From the NCBI GenBank assembly GCA_964035545.1, contig OZ037766.1, positions 32,540,773 to 32,604,772 on the forward strand: 64,000 nucleotides of DNA. Reading direction: 5' to 3'. Positions 10,924 through 24,099 of the stretch are shown here, in pieces. Both the position numbers and the translations under genes were made by a program. Under the pieces are notes generated by a model. It searched no databases. It worked only from the letters and a program-made list of their open reading frames with translations, and was not told where the DNA came from. Source of the DNA: Bugula neritina. Lineage: Eukaryota > Animalia > Bryozoa. Numbering within the stretch: position 1 is the stretch's first letter; each line of letters starts with the position of its first letter.

Positions 10924-13900
10924 CTAAACAATAGTATTGTCTATTTTGCTTAGAACAGATTGAATCTGAAGCTCAGATTCACAGATTTTTGGATGAGAAG
11001 AATCATCTGAAGCAAAAACAAATTTTTCTTTTGCTCTTTGAAAGTGTATCAAAGCTGTTTCATGTTGTCCAATTGAGTCGTACATGTCGCCCAAGCTCTG
11101 AAGTACTTCTCCTACTTCTAGAGCTGCTGCCTTTGGCAAGGTTTTTTCTAAGTTGATCAACAGAGACAGCGACTCATCATATGTCTTTTCAGCAAGACTC
11201 ACATTTCCTTGCTTCCAATAACTTAATGCTAGTTTGGCCAAAGCATTGGAAATATATCCATCTACGTATTCTTTGTCTTCTGCTGTTTTTGCTACGGCCT
11301 GAAGCATTTTTATTGCCTTACTAAGTGTAAAATTTGCCAAATAATTTTTTCCAGTATGGACTAGATGTAGGCCATATTGCACAATCACAACTGCCGATTT
11401 TGCATGTGAAACTTGATAGCGAGGTAGACTGAGGAACACCACGACTAAAATGTTATGGTATGTTGGAGAGTTTTTTGCGGCAAAGTGTAAAACAGCAGCT
11501 TTGAACTTACTCTTTTGTCCATACAACTGAGTGGTCATAGTTAGGCATCGATTGAAGTATTCCTGGGTATCTTCATGTCATCCTAGCATTGTACATGCGC
11601 TGCCTAATGCGTACATTATGTGAGCAATGTCCCGGTGACATGCCTCACTTCCATATTTCTCATAGAACATCTTTTTGCTTCTCTCAAAATACAAGAAAGC
11701 AAACTGATAGTACTTGGTGTAGAGGTAGTTGAGTCCGATGGTCCACAAGACATGTGCAAGAATAATGGAAGGGTTGTTGAGATACTTGAGTCTGCCTTCT
11801 GGATTCTCTTTCAGGAGATCTACCAATGGTTCAACATTTTCATCTGAGTATACTATCTCTCCGTAATAATTGTTTTCTATTTCCTTTGATGTCCGGATGT
11901 GGCAAATTTCTAGGGCTTTGAACAGATGACCCCGAGCTTCAACATACTGATACAACATGTTGTAAACTCGTCCAATACAAAATTCTGTTTTTGCTAGCAA
12001 CTCATGATTGCTTTTCAAATGCTTTTTACGAATTTCTAACGAAGATTTGTATTCCTCCACTGCTTTTGTGTAATTGATCAGACCATAATAACAATCTGCA
12101 GCTTCAGCCTTTGAATCAGCCATAATAAGCTGTTGCCCCCGGAAATTTTCTGAGCCATGGCCATCCTCAATCATCCTTTGTATTGCAAGATGATATTCCA
12201 GAGCTTCTTTGTACTTCCTTTCTTCACACATAGAATAGGTTAGTGCTTTAACAGAGTTCCATACTTCTGAAAAGCCACCGTGAACTACGCTTTGAATTTT
12301 CCAAATAACTTTTTCTGAATTTGTAAGCAGACTCTTACTCCCAATATGCTTTTCAAAATAATCATTGCCTTTAGACCAGCGATTGCAGCAATGAAAAACT
12401 TGGAACTTTACCAACCAGTTTGGATTTTCTATTTCTTTTTTAATCATCTGCTCGATATCATCAACTGTGCAGCTGCCAACATGCTTCTTTAATGGAATTG
12501 AATAGTCACAATGGAGGTGAAACAATGTCTGAGACAAAAACCATCTTTGCCCTGAACTCACTTCTCCTTTGATTGCTGGCTGAGTAATTTGAGAAGGGAA
12601 ATAGTTTTCAGGTAAGACTGATAACTTGTTGTCAGCTGAGTTGTAGAACAGGTAAGTTGAAAGACGCAAATAGCATGCACATGAAAGTAGGAACTGCAAA
12701 AATTTGTGCACAGAGCTGGAAATGAGTTGCTGTTGAAACAAAATATTCAATGTTGTCCACGAGTCCAAAGATGAAGAGCTAAATATAATAGAGAGGTTGT
12801 ACAGAAGAATGGAGGGGTATCGGTATAATTCTTTTTTGGTGTTGATAGAAAAGCCATTGTTTATCAACTCCTCAGTTGGAAACCAAACTTTTTTGCATCA
12901 GAAACGAACATTTTTTTATTGGCCCTATGCCTTTTGACATTTTTAGGCTGCAACATATTTTTTCTTTCAACAAACTCTTTAAGCAGCTTGTCTGCATCTT
13001 TTCCATGACTGTATATTAGCCTGGTATACTGCAGTTTTGCTGTGAGGTCTCCCCTAATGGAATCCTTCTTTTTTGGATTATTCAAGACTCGTTCATAGCT
13101 TTCTAAAAGCTGTGAAGGAGTAGCGATAAAATGGTTTTTCTGCACATCAGTACCATTTCCTGTGGGTATACTTCCAGCGTCTTTCTTCAATCCATCAATT
13201 TTAAAACCACTCATTTGGGCATCTTCAAACCATCTCTTTAGCTCCAACACTGATAAATACCCCAGTGGGGTTTCTGCCAGGTTGCCTATTATAAAATAGC
13301 TTGACAAAGCCAATCTCTCAAAGTAGGTGATGTTATCGGGTGTTGCTGTTTCGATTAAGAAAAGGTACTCAATATCTGAGTACGGAGTAGCTTCACCTTT
13401 AGCCAAAGAACCGAGCGCCACCACACAGAACCTACAGGGAGGCTGAGAGATCAGGCTAATAACACTGTATTCAAAGATCGTTTTTGCAAATTCAACCATT
13501 TGCTCTGTGCATTCCAGTGATATCCTTTCAATTTCGGTGATAAATGTGTCAGTGAACTCAAAGTTTGTTATCTTTTCTTTGTCAAGTTTGATTACAAGCT
13601 TGTCTACTTTATCAACTTGACATTTTACCTTCTCCCTAATTTGTGAAAGAGTGTTTGCTAACTTGCATGTTATGTCTTTTTGTACTTCATAGCTCCAGGC
13701 TCTATCCTCTTTCCAATATAAACTTTGAGCCTTGAAAGCTTTCTGTTTCCAGAACTCCGCGTTTTCTTGGTCTACTCTTACAGAAACTGAGTTATAAAGA
13801 GCATGTGCCTATAAAAGGTAACACGTATTTGATTTGCATTATGCTGCAATGTTTTATACGATGTAGTTGTACTTTATATACCATAAAAGCTACAATAATT

Positions 13901-14467
13901 TGCTAAATTAAATTGTAAACTATCCCATCTATGAAAAGCTTCATAATTAGAGAAATTTCATTTGCATAAAGCTCAATATAAAATGTATGCATGCAGCAGT
14001 AACAAATGAGCTCCAGAAGAAATGAGAAGACATGGTAATAGTTGAAGGTAACCCTAAACAAAGCTTCTATACCTTGAGTATATCTGTCCAATCATCAGTT
14101 ACTTTGTATTTCTCTAGATACCCATTGGCTAACTTCTCTAGGTAAGGTTTAGACACTTCCAGGTTGTATTTCCCACCATGTGCACCACAGTAAGCTTCTT
14201 TAAATGCTTTCAGCTCTTCTGGGAGCATCTACACACGTGGGTTAATAAGACATACTATATATTAGTTATATATTCCATGTTATATCACTGCTATATTATA
14301 CACGTACTATGTTATATTGTTACATGCATATGCGATAATATTGGATGTATTGTATGTGGTAATATATAACAGACTATATATACTGTATATAGATATTATA
14401 ATGTGATATTCTAATACATACGGCCTTTTAAATTCATCAACTTACTTACCACAAACTCATCATCCAT
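10924..14467 (-). pseudogene. NTase + TPR protein, copy B, disrupted (4-nt deletion frameshift and premature TGA)
   Basis: Same exon structure as copy A: 14467-14450, 14228-14073, 13808-10924. AGGC (copy A 3513-3516) is missing at 12876/12877, and copy A CGG(Arg) corresponds to TGA at 11580-11578. This explains the three ORF fragments 12864-13499, 11578-12867 and 10924-11538. Confidence 0.85.
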
Positions 14468-15238
14468 TTTCCTTTCTGTTATTTCACAAGTTGTTGTATA
14501 TAACTACTTCTGGAGTTGGAGTTATCTCCCATAAGCTGCAAACATTAAACTTTACTCTCTGTATTACTTCAATTATAAAAACCCAAGATGATGTACGAAA
14601 TGTATGATTAGTTAGTAAAGTTGTACAATTATATAGCCTGTCAACTTATGATCTCACCACTCACTGACTCTAGTGTCCCCTGAGAAATAAAGCTAATATG
14701 CTGATACACAGTTGCTCATGATTGTTGCTAGGCATTTTTTTGAGAGCAATTTGTGCTTACATATAATAAATGTTATGCACAGGATATAGTTTATCTCTAC
14801 TCCATTGGAAACAATAAAATTGTTGTTCCCAACCCCCTCCCTCAAGTATGAAATAATCTATCCTATGTTAATATAGTAATATTACCTTCAGAGAGATAAC
14901 AGGGAAGTTAAATGCACTTAAGTAGATATAATACACAATATGATTTCACTAAGTTTATTGATATACCCTCCACTTTTCTCTTTGAATAAGCAAGCTGATT
15001 GTTCGTTTGTTTACTATTCATATTTACATACAATAACCCATAGCATATGACATTCATTACCAAGTGTTTGCATTTGCATGGTTTACTTTTATACCCTGTA
15101 TTTTTACAGGCAGCCAGAATAACCAAGTTGCTCAGTTACATAATCAAGTTTTTAATGAAGTAAATCTGTTAACCCACCTACAATGAAGTTATGATTAGTG
15201 TTTAGCTTGTATAACAGTAGAGATTAGCAACCAAAGTG
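14468..15238. repeat. Duplicated upstream/5' flank of the NTase-TPR genes (paralogous to 5906-6913)
   Basis: Co-linear near-identical sequence ending at GATTAGCAACCAAAGTG in both copies; copy B lacks about 6085-6320. Confidence 0.9.
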
Positions 15239-15892
15239 CTAATAAATATACTATACCATACTAATATATACAAACATTTATAATAATAATTATTATTTTA
15301 TAAACTGCCAGGTAATAAAACTGCTTAATATGAAGCAAAAAGTATGGCTGCAAGTTACCAACAATGATATAGTCATTTGACAATTATATTACACCAATAT
15401 TTATGTTATAGTATGCCATTGAAAAGTATATATTGGTAAATTTGATATATTTATTTTTATTAGGTTAAGCCGTAAACACCATATGTGACATAACATGCAG
15501 ATGTTTATCTAAAAGTAATTATATGTAAAGTGTTGTAAAAGCAGACTAGCTGACAAAATGATGAGGCAGACTATGTCATTGCTTTATTAGGCATATGCAC
15601 ACCCTGAAACATCCTCATCTAAATCTATTTATTATAATGATTATGAAAGTGATTGTGTTTGTCCAGTTAGGTGTGTTCAACTTCTCTTTTACCTTTTTGA
15701 ATACATTGTAAGTATCACATATCATGAGCATAAGAGACAGTATCCTATTCTGAAAGAGGTTTTGATAAGGAGAGGAGCAGCTAGTCTAACTCTGAGTGGA
15801 GGAAAAGTAGAAAGCTATAGACAAATATTTCGTTTTTTCAAGCAGGTTCTTGTATATAATTATTATTTTTACTTGTATACAAAAATGCTTAA

Positions 15893-16050
15893 AAACAACC
15901 ATGAGTAACTGTGTATCAGCATATTAGCTTTATTTCTCAGAGGACACAAGAGTAAGTGAGCGGTGAGATCATAAGGTGATGTATCAGAATAAATTCAGAC
16001 AAGGAACTTGTACATAGAGAGCCTATTTAAACTTTGGATGCTAAACTGTT
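15893..16050 (+). repeat. Inverted copy of part of the NTase-TPR 5' flank
   Basis: Reverse complement of about 6248-6408 (e.g. GTGTATCAGCATATTAGCTTTATTTCTCAG; GGAACTTGTACATAGAGAGCCTATTT). Confidence 0.85.
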
Positions 16051-17317
16051 CAATCAGTCAACAGAATCTCTTATATAAATAAACTATCAGTTGAAATGTA
16101 TTATATTTTAGTTTCTGATGTTTTATCTTATGCCTGCAAGCAGAGAATGCATGGCGAATATGTATCAGTAAATGGAATGGCAGATTCTGTTGGAAGATTT
16201 ATTAGTATGGTATAGTTTCTGTATCTGTTTGGACTTATACTAATTATTATATTTATTAATTTCACGAGAATTCCTGTAGATTATATATAATTGAACATAC
16301 GTATACACGTGAATTATTCTTTCCATTTTACAGACACTGATAGCAACTCCCATATACAACAATATTCTGAAATACTGAAAGTGAAATGGATGCTAAAAAA
16401 GCCAAGGAATAGGAAACATGTATGAGCACAGGCACATGTACCTCAAGGCTTAGGAAGCGTACTCAAAAGCTAAAGAATACTATCAGACGGGATGTGATCA
16501 ACCGAACTATCCCAAGATTTTAGAAACTGAAAAACAAATCTGCGAAGTAAAGAAACTTACAAATCAGAATTAACTTTATTTATAACTAATAGTAGAATTG
16601 GTATCATCTTAGCATTTGTACGTATGCAATCTCCAATAATTTGAGCATCCACTATAAGCTTAATATTTATAGCTGACACTACACTACATACAGTCTGTAA
16701 AAACATTGCTGTTATTACTAATATTGTGCATTATGATGCTATGGGTTGTTGTTTGTTGGGCTCTTTTTGAATAAATATTGATAAATTACAAATATAATTT
16801 TGAGTTTTAACCTTACACCAGCCACAAATTATTTTTCAGTTGATTTAGACACTCTATGCCATTAAGGGGAGTGGTTTTGGAAATATGTCGAACAATATGA
16901 TAAATAAAACTTGCAGACCTAAAAACAGCATCTCTATTAATTAGTTTCATTGACTTCCTTGTATAGTGAGTGGTGGGAGCATAGTTAAGTATAGTAGTAG
17001 AAGCATAATTATGAGATGCATTGTTTTAGGATTTATCATATTTAACCTGTGCTCAACAGGCTTTATTCAGCTATCAAATGTTTATTGAATGTTTCACATA
17101 CAAGTCAGATGTTTCAAGTTACAAACAACTTTATTCTATTACTAGAAGTTGTCTCCACTGCCCAATGCAGATATTCCATACTAATAAGACATGTGAATGT
17201 TTTTTATCAAAACTATAAAACAGGCATGGATAATAAATCTATGTACATGAATGAGAAAAACTCAAAACTTTGCATGAATCAAGATGACTCAACTAAAATA
17301 CAAATTCAATATTTGTA

Positions 17318-17592
17318 TATATATAGACAAATAGTTGTATATATACACGTAATATATAGACAAATAGTTGTATATATACAGGTAATATATAGACAAATAG
17401 TTGTATATATACAGGTAATATATAGACAAATAGTTGTATATATACAGGTAATATATAGACAAATAGTTGTATATATACAGGTAATATATACACAAATAGT
17501 TGTATATATACAGGTAATATATACACAAATAGTTGTATATATACAGGTAATATATACACAAATAGTTGTATATATACAGGTAATATATACAG
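17318..17592. repeat. 33-bp minisatellite, about 8 copies, downstream of the CLNS1A stop
   Basis: Unit CAAATAGTTGTATATATACAGGTAATATATA(G/C)A; source of the spurious ORFs at 17049-17724. Confidence 0.95.
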
Positions 17593-17671
17593 GAGAAGGT
17601 GACTAGTGTTCAGATGTGTAACCAGAGTTGATTCACTAGAAGAGAGAATAGTTGAGATTCCACCAGATACA

Positions 17672-20600
17672 TCACGCATCATCATACTGCCCCTCATCCT
17701 CTTCCATTTCCTCCTCTGAAACACAGACTATATTCAATATCTTGCTAATATCAGTCTCAATTCACCAGGTGCATACATATCAATATATACATGTTCATGC
17801 TTCACACATCCACATACATATAAGTACGCGTGTCACACATCTATGTGTGTGTGCGTGTGCGTGTGTACGAATGCCTCACAAGAATCCCAGCTCAGACTCT
17901 GGATACAGAAGCAGTATAAGCTTTACCAACTTGAGTGTCAGCTAGTCTCTTTCAAAGATGGTGATTATGACTGTTTGGTTTATGATTCCACTGAATGTAT
18001 GAAGATATATGCGTGTAAGCTCACCATGGTGCCCGTTAGTAGTGCTCTCTCCTTGCCCTCCACTCGCCAACATCTGCTCCATTCTAGCCAGATTTCCTAG
18101 ACCCTGTGCAGACAATTGTGGGCCGTCTCCTTCGCCTATCAAACACTCTTCGCCATAGAAATCTGCAATTTATCAAACTTGCATTACAAGATTTGATGAG
18201 CAATCGAGCTGATGGTGATGGGACTATTCTAGTAGGTATTGCAGGTATACACACCAGGGTTGGGGTCAATTACATGTGAATGTAATTAATTACAATTACA
18301 TGATAATTTGTCAATTACAATTATAATTACAGTCAAATAGTAATGTAATTAATTACAATTACTTTTGTTCTCGCAAGAGATAAATAGAAGTTATGCAATT
18401 TCACTTCTAGGGTCCAACTAGCAGGGGCAATTTTGACAGTGCTGAACCTCCTTTGTACTCAACAGTGATACTATACCACATCGACAATTAATCTGAATTT
18501 GTTATGTAACAGTAGGCATGGTAGGAAAAGTATGAAACTTTTAGGATTTCAAAGTTTGAAGTAATTGACATGTAATTATAAAGTAATTGTAAAAATCAAT
18601 TACATTAGATATGTAATTAATTACAATTACATTTTTATACATCAATTACAAATTACATTCAATTACTTGAAAAAATGTAATTAATTACAACCAATTACAA
18701 TTACAAATTACAATTACCCCAACCCTGATACACACATCTGGCTGTGTAATGGGTAAATGCATTGTGGTGTCAGGGAGATCCGGATTACCAGGTTCTCAAG
18801 GATTGTGGCTGTAGACCAACTAAGTAATGATTCATTGTTAGCACGAGGTTCATCATTCCACTCACACTAGTGAAATCATCCTAATTATAATATTACTGTC
18901 TACGGCACTAACTAAGAGATTGCTACGGTACAACACCATAGCCTGTAGTTCAATATAACATTCTACTGAAAGCTACAGGTACCCACAGCATCGTACCATT
19001 ATCAGAGTCGTCCTGGTCAGGATCAGGGTGGAGCTCTTGGCAGGCACACATCGCCTGGTACATGGCGTCCACTGAAATGTACATGATATATAATACATGG
19101 AAGTAATAATATATCAAACTATAAATAAAATTATTACACAAATATTAACAACAATATAATAAGATATATAAGAAAAGCCTCACCAACACACTGCATTATA
19201 TTACCAAACTATTGGACATTTATCATTGTCGCCTCAATAAGCATTCATAAGACAGCAAAACATAAACAAGTATCTCAGGGTGTATAAAGTTCTGCCAGTA
19301 GTGTTGGTATTAAACAATGGTGAAACAACAGGGGAATATGTATTACTACTTACAGTTTTGCTTCTCTGCTGGGACAAATCTGACTTCAGTACCTTCCGAA
19401 TCAGAGTCACTCTCGTCACCCTCGTCAGCTGGGTCACCGTCAGCATCTGCAAGGGAACAAAGGCAGCATATTAGTGTGCAAACCAATCATAGCACTTCGT
19501 TCAATATGGAGGTGTTGAAAAGCCTCTCTGAACACAGTAAAACTGAGAACTGAGCTAATTTCAAAGTAAAAAGTTGAGTTAAACAACTTAAAAGAATACA
19601 GCAGAAATAGAAACTCATTTTATCTTATATAAATATTCCCTGGAGCACTGAGGGAGAAGAAAGAATATTTTGGTGACAAGAGAGAAACTGCTTAAAGGAA
19701 AGGAAGGATACCTAGCTTTACATCTAAGATCATGTAGAGACACTCGTGTGGAAACGTAGTTGTATCTCTTGAGATTGCGTGTATTGATATAGAGGGGTAG
19801 TCCAGCTTGAAGCCATTTTCTTCACTGTTGATCCAACGTACGTGACTAAAACAGAATAAAAGTTGACTATGTTACTACTGCTACTACTACTACTTACTAC
19901 TACTATGTTACCACACACTACCAACAAATATATGTTACTAAATGTATCCTAATTTCGATGCAAGCATGATGATGATTTGATATTCGAATTGATGAAAGAG
20001 AAATAGTGCCAATCTAAAATTGCTCTTTATTCTGTGAACATCAGCTCTTTCAAAAACAGTCTGAAAGTTAATGTATTCTGGTTTACAGAGAGCTGGACCA
20101 AAATATTGATAGCCTGTTGCCTAGAACAGTACTAGAAGCACAGCTAGACGCTAGGTGCCAATAGCCCGATAGGGAGTAATCCCTCAAGTGAAGCCTTGAT
20201 TTTCAGAACTGTGGGCTTTTTCTTGCAACATATTGATATTGATTTGTTAGTAACTGAGGTTTCAGAATACCAAATGAGTATCTGAGTTCAAAGTGAGGGA
20301 GGTTTTTTATTATGATTATATCGTTTACTTTTAGTTTTAGTTTTAAGCACTACTTATTCTAAAACTTAAAGTTAAAAGTTAATTGTGCACTTCGAAAACT
20401 GAAGTACTCCATTTTCTTTGGCTAATATCTTTTCAAGATAAAGTTTCTACAATCACCAAAAATGACATTGACATAATGATAAGTGATGACCCTAACTGGA
20501 TTAAGAAAAGGAGGAGACATAAGACTAACTCTTAAGACTTGGCATGATGATGAAGGCTAAAAGACTTAAAACTTAAAAGTAAAGCTGAATTTCAGGCTCA

Positions 20601-20720
20601 CCTTTCTGTGATATACAGTGTGCCAGAACCGCAGCTTCTTTCATTTGTGTAAGCTTCAGTATGACATTCGGTGTGAACAATTCCATCTTCTGGAACCGTG
20701 CATTGCAGCAAAGAGACCAT
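17672..20720 (-). CDS. CLNS1A: Methylosome subunit pICln (chloride nucleotide-sensitive channel 1A), about 200 aa, 6 exons
   Basis: Exons 20720-20602, 19845-19712, 19446-19354, 19071-18997, 18162-18025 and 17715-17672 splice in frame. Motifs GSGTLYITES, GFKLDYPSISIHAISRD, EVRFVP, MYQAMCACQELHPDP, LSAQGLGNLARMEQML and GQYDDA* match ICln. Confidence 0.95.
18255..18727. mobile_element. hAT-family MITE, 473 bp, in CLNS1A intron 4
   Basis: TIR CAGGGTTGGGGT...ACCCCAACCCTG, exact 8-bp TSD ATACACAC on both sides, and subterminal AATTAC/GTAATT repeats. Confidence 0.92.
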
Positions 20721-21090
20721 TTCGTGACAGGATTGACAGCCAAGTAAGAAAGTTTCAATTGAAAATTATATTTAAACGAAAATTCACGTTTAGAAGAGTA
20801 TCCAGTAGTGAGCATTTTCCTGTTGCGCAAACTAACAACTCGGGTTTAACAAAGTGCTATTTTAGCCGAATGTTAGTTTTGACGAGTAAATACTTTTTTC
20901 TTACAATTCCCTTGAAAATTATTTTGCGAGATGAAAGTAATTCTCTAAAAACATTTTTAATTAGAATTTAGCCGTGCAAACATAGTGCTATTTGTAGTTA
21001 TAAAAAGACATGGGAAATTTCATGGAAAGTTACTAAAATCTGTAAATTGTCTAACACCATCACCCTCTCAGGCTCAGTTCAAAGTAAGTA
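20721..21090. promoter_or_regulatory. Probable bidirectional promoter region CLNS1A/TMEM164
   Basis: CLNS1A ATG at 20720 (-); a plus-strand donor AAA|GTAAGT at about 21084 plausibly ends a non-coding first exon of TMEM164. Inferred from layout only. Confidence 0.45.
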
Positions 21091-24000
21091 ATTTTCGATA
21101 TTCGTAATCGTATTCTATTCAAATTCAATATTCATATTGAATAATTGATATTCATATTGATATTGTCATATTAAAATATATTAATATTGCATTAATATTG
21201 GTCTTGGGTGTAAATATTAATGTTATTATTTAATAAATAATAATAATGATAATGATAATGTAATCATACAGATTTAAAAATTAAAGTACGGTTACAGTTA
21301 CACTTAATTATTACTCTTAGTGTCTTACTCTTAGTATTACTATTAGAGTATTACTGTATTACTATTATTATTAAGCCTAGTATTAGTATTACTATTAGTA
21401 TTACTATTAGTATAATAATAATAATTAAATTAGTAACTGTAAGTGTAACGCCAACGGACTAATAGTAATAATATTACCGTATTAATTATGAACTATTAGT
21501 ATTGATATTGCCACCTCTATTGCCACTATCAGTATCACTATCACGATGAGTATGACTATAACTATGAGACATGAGTAATGCTTATGCTAATAGTCTCAGT
21601 ATGGCTATCAGTATCACTATCATTATCACTATGTCAATCATGTCAATGTCAAATTGTCAATGTGACTTGTGGAGATCACTCCAAAGTTCTATTAGTATTT
21701 GTTTCAAGATATCATTATCTTTATCGTATTGATCTTGAATAAGGAGTTTCAAATATTCACACTTGATTTTATCTTAAACAATTCATTTGATAAATTTTTC
21801 ATCTTCTATTATTATATTTTTACTTAGTGCTAGATCTGTGTCACTGGCTCATTATAAGTCACACTATTATGTTATGATAACATAATAATTATGAAGATGT
21901 TTATTACTTAAAAGCCATTGTATTTGTAGCAATGCAGCCATTTTTATTATAATTTTATTTTAATTGTAGTTTAGCTGTAAAGTAAGACTAAATAAATTAT
22001 CTAGCTCAACTGTCACCTTGATATGTGGGTGCAGTGGATGAAGCTAAAGGCGAACTTTGTATTTGTGCTGTGGTTAGATTGAAAAGTTACAAAATTGAAA
22101 GTTTTTCTCAACGTGCTTACTAGCTAGATATATAAAGCGTTTCTATATTTTTATTATAATAACATATTTACACGCTAATTTAATAAAAATATTTGATATT
22201 TAATTCAGCTTTATTACTACTATCAGGTTAACAAATCACATATTGTAAGCACAGCTAGATAGTAGAATAATGATCATATTTTAAATTAGCTTTTGTAATG
22301 ATTTTATGTAAGTTTTGATTTAGTTTGAAATTATTATGCAATCAATATATACATCAGTAGCAACAGATTATGATGTACAACTATACCGAGTTATCATGGT
22401 TGTTCATTACTATGCAGCATAGTTTAAAATGGTCATTTAGTACTTAGTTATAGCTTCTCTTGCAAAGCAATTTCTTTTAATTGGACTTTGATATTGAGGA
22501 AGATTTTTCAGGTCTCTTCTATCTTTGTGTTAAACAGAAGTTTATTTTAGTTCCAAGTATTTCATTTCCTTTTAAAACCTGAGGTTCATTCATAAAAATC
22601 TGGTAAAAATAATATTTTCCAAGTATTTTATTTTGTAAATTAGTATTTGCTATTTGGGTTTGTTCTCATTGGTGTTCCAATGTACTACATCAAATCAGTT
22701 AACATGAATTGTGTTACTTTTGGTTTTACAAAGAATTTTTTTTAAGTTAGTTGAATGTTTATATTCATAATCTGGCGTTAATCTAAGTTATGATTTGAAG
22801 TTTGTTCCAAGATGAATGCTTGAGATGCAGCGTGGACTAATATAGAAAGTGTTAACCCTGCTTTCTTGGCCTGTGCATTCAAAGTGTCAGGCAAAGCAAC
22901 TTCAGAAGCCTAAGGCTTAGTGTTCAACATTTGCATTTCAGTTTTTTTCTTAAGGAAACTGCATTGCAAGATAGCACCATTTTATTATTTTGCATTTCAA
23001 GTACCTATCTTTAACATATCTGTCAAAGTATCTCAACTACTGATAGTCAAACTAATGCACATGTTGTTACTAGTGGTCCTTTACTCATTGTACTAGTGCT
23101 GGCAGTTCAACTAACTTTTAACACCGTGTTGCTAACTGAAGTTTCACGAAGCCATATTAGGTATAAAATTGCTGCAATAGCTGTCAGCCAGGTCTAAATT
23201 TAAAGTGTGGAAGTTGAAGCATAAATTCTGTGTTAGACTATTTGCTATTTACTCAGCTGATAACTATTTTAATGGACTGTTTTCAATACTTTCAATTTAT
23301 AATTAATAGCCACTGTTTTCTTAGTTTTACTTAGTGCATTGTTTGAAGCAGATCTTAGATGTCCCACTTTTTTTCTCTGTATGCCCTCCTGATATTTTAT
23401 GAATTATTTTGATAATTTGAATAATTTGGTAGGTAATTGTCTATGGTGTGGTGAAAGACATGAACTTCTACAAATTATTATGAAAATATTGTTAATATGG
23501 AAGAGATTTAATGTGGAAGTCAGTTTAAAAGTTGACGTTATTCTCATTACTGTTCAAGAGATAATTATTTCTTTCGAATAATGATTTTATATAAATACTT
23601 ATTTCATATATGAATATATGATAGATTTTTGGAATTTTTTTTATTAAAATTAAATTATCTGAATATTTTGCATCATTTATTGTTATTCCTATTGGCTATT
23701 GATGCTGATTTAGTTTACATGAATAATTCACTCTCAGGTGACTCACAATTTGCTTCTATTTGAATTTCTGATATATAATATTATATTACTTATATATAAT
23801 ACTGTTAGGCTCCTCTATGCTATATAGCCATTGAATGTCGGGCTTTTACTAAAGCTTTATAGCATGTTTGCAGGTATCAAAACTTTCTTTCTGAAGCTGA
23901 AATTGATTTTGTCAAGCTAAGCTGCTGCAGAGTTTTATGATCTTGTAATACAGTAGACCGGTGAGAGGCAGGTAAATTCAGGTAATTGTTTGCGTACACT

Positions 24001-24099
24001 CACTCACTCAGTTCCATCTCTTATTACAGTATTCCCTGATGGCATAATTCTTGGCTAACCTTCAGTAAGGGGCGTGTTAAAAACTACCCCCTCTTCGCA

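Noticed and set aside
11578-11580. In-frame TGA as selenocysteine or readthrough
   Set aside because: The paralog has Arg, not Cys; the context TGA-CAT is not the CUAG readthrough motif; an upstream frameshift already breaks the frame.
10924-13499. Three consecutive or overlapping ORFs that look like a bacterial operon (NTase, middle, TPR)
   Set aside because: They align co-linearly to the single exon of copy A; the breaks are one 4-nt deletion and one nonsense change.
17049-17724. Repetitive ORFs (RQIVVYIQVIY etc.), and similar ones at 40474-40871, 42034-42678, 43436-43992, 46851-47120, 47721-48046 and 50443-50852
   Set aside because: Translations of minisatellites and microsatellites.
18820-18880. 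Possible intronic C/D snoRNA (ATGATGA on the minus strand of a CLNS1A intron)
   Set aside because: No convincing D box, terminal stem or recognisable guide sequence.
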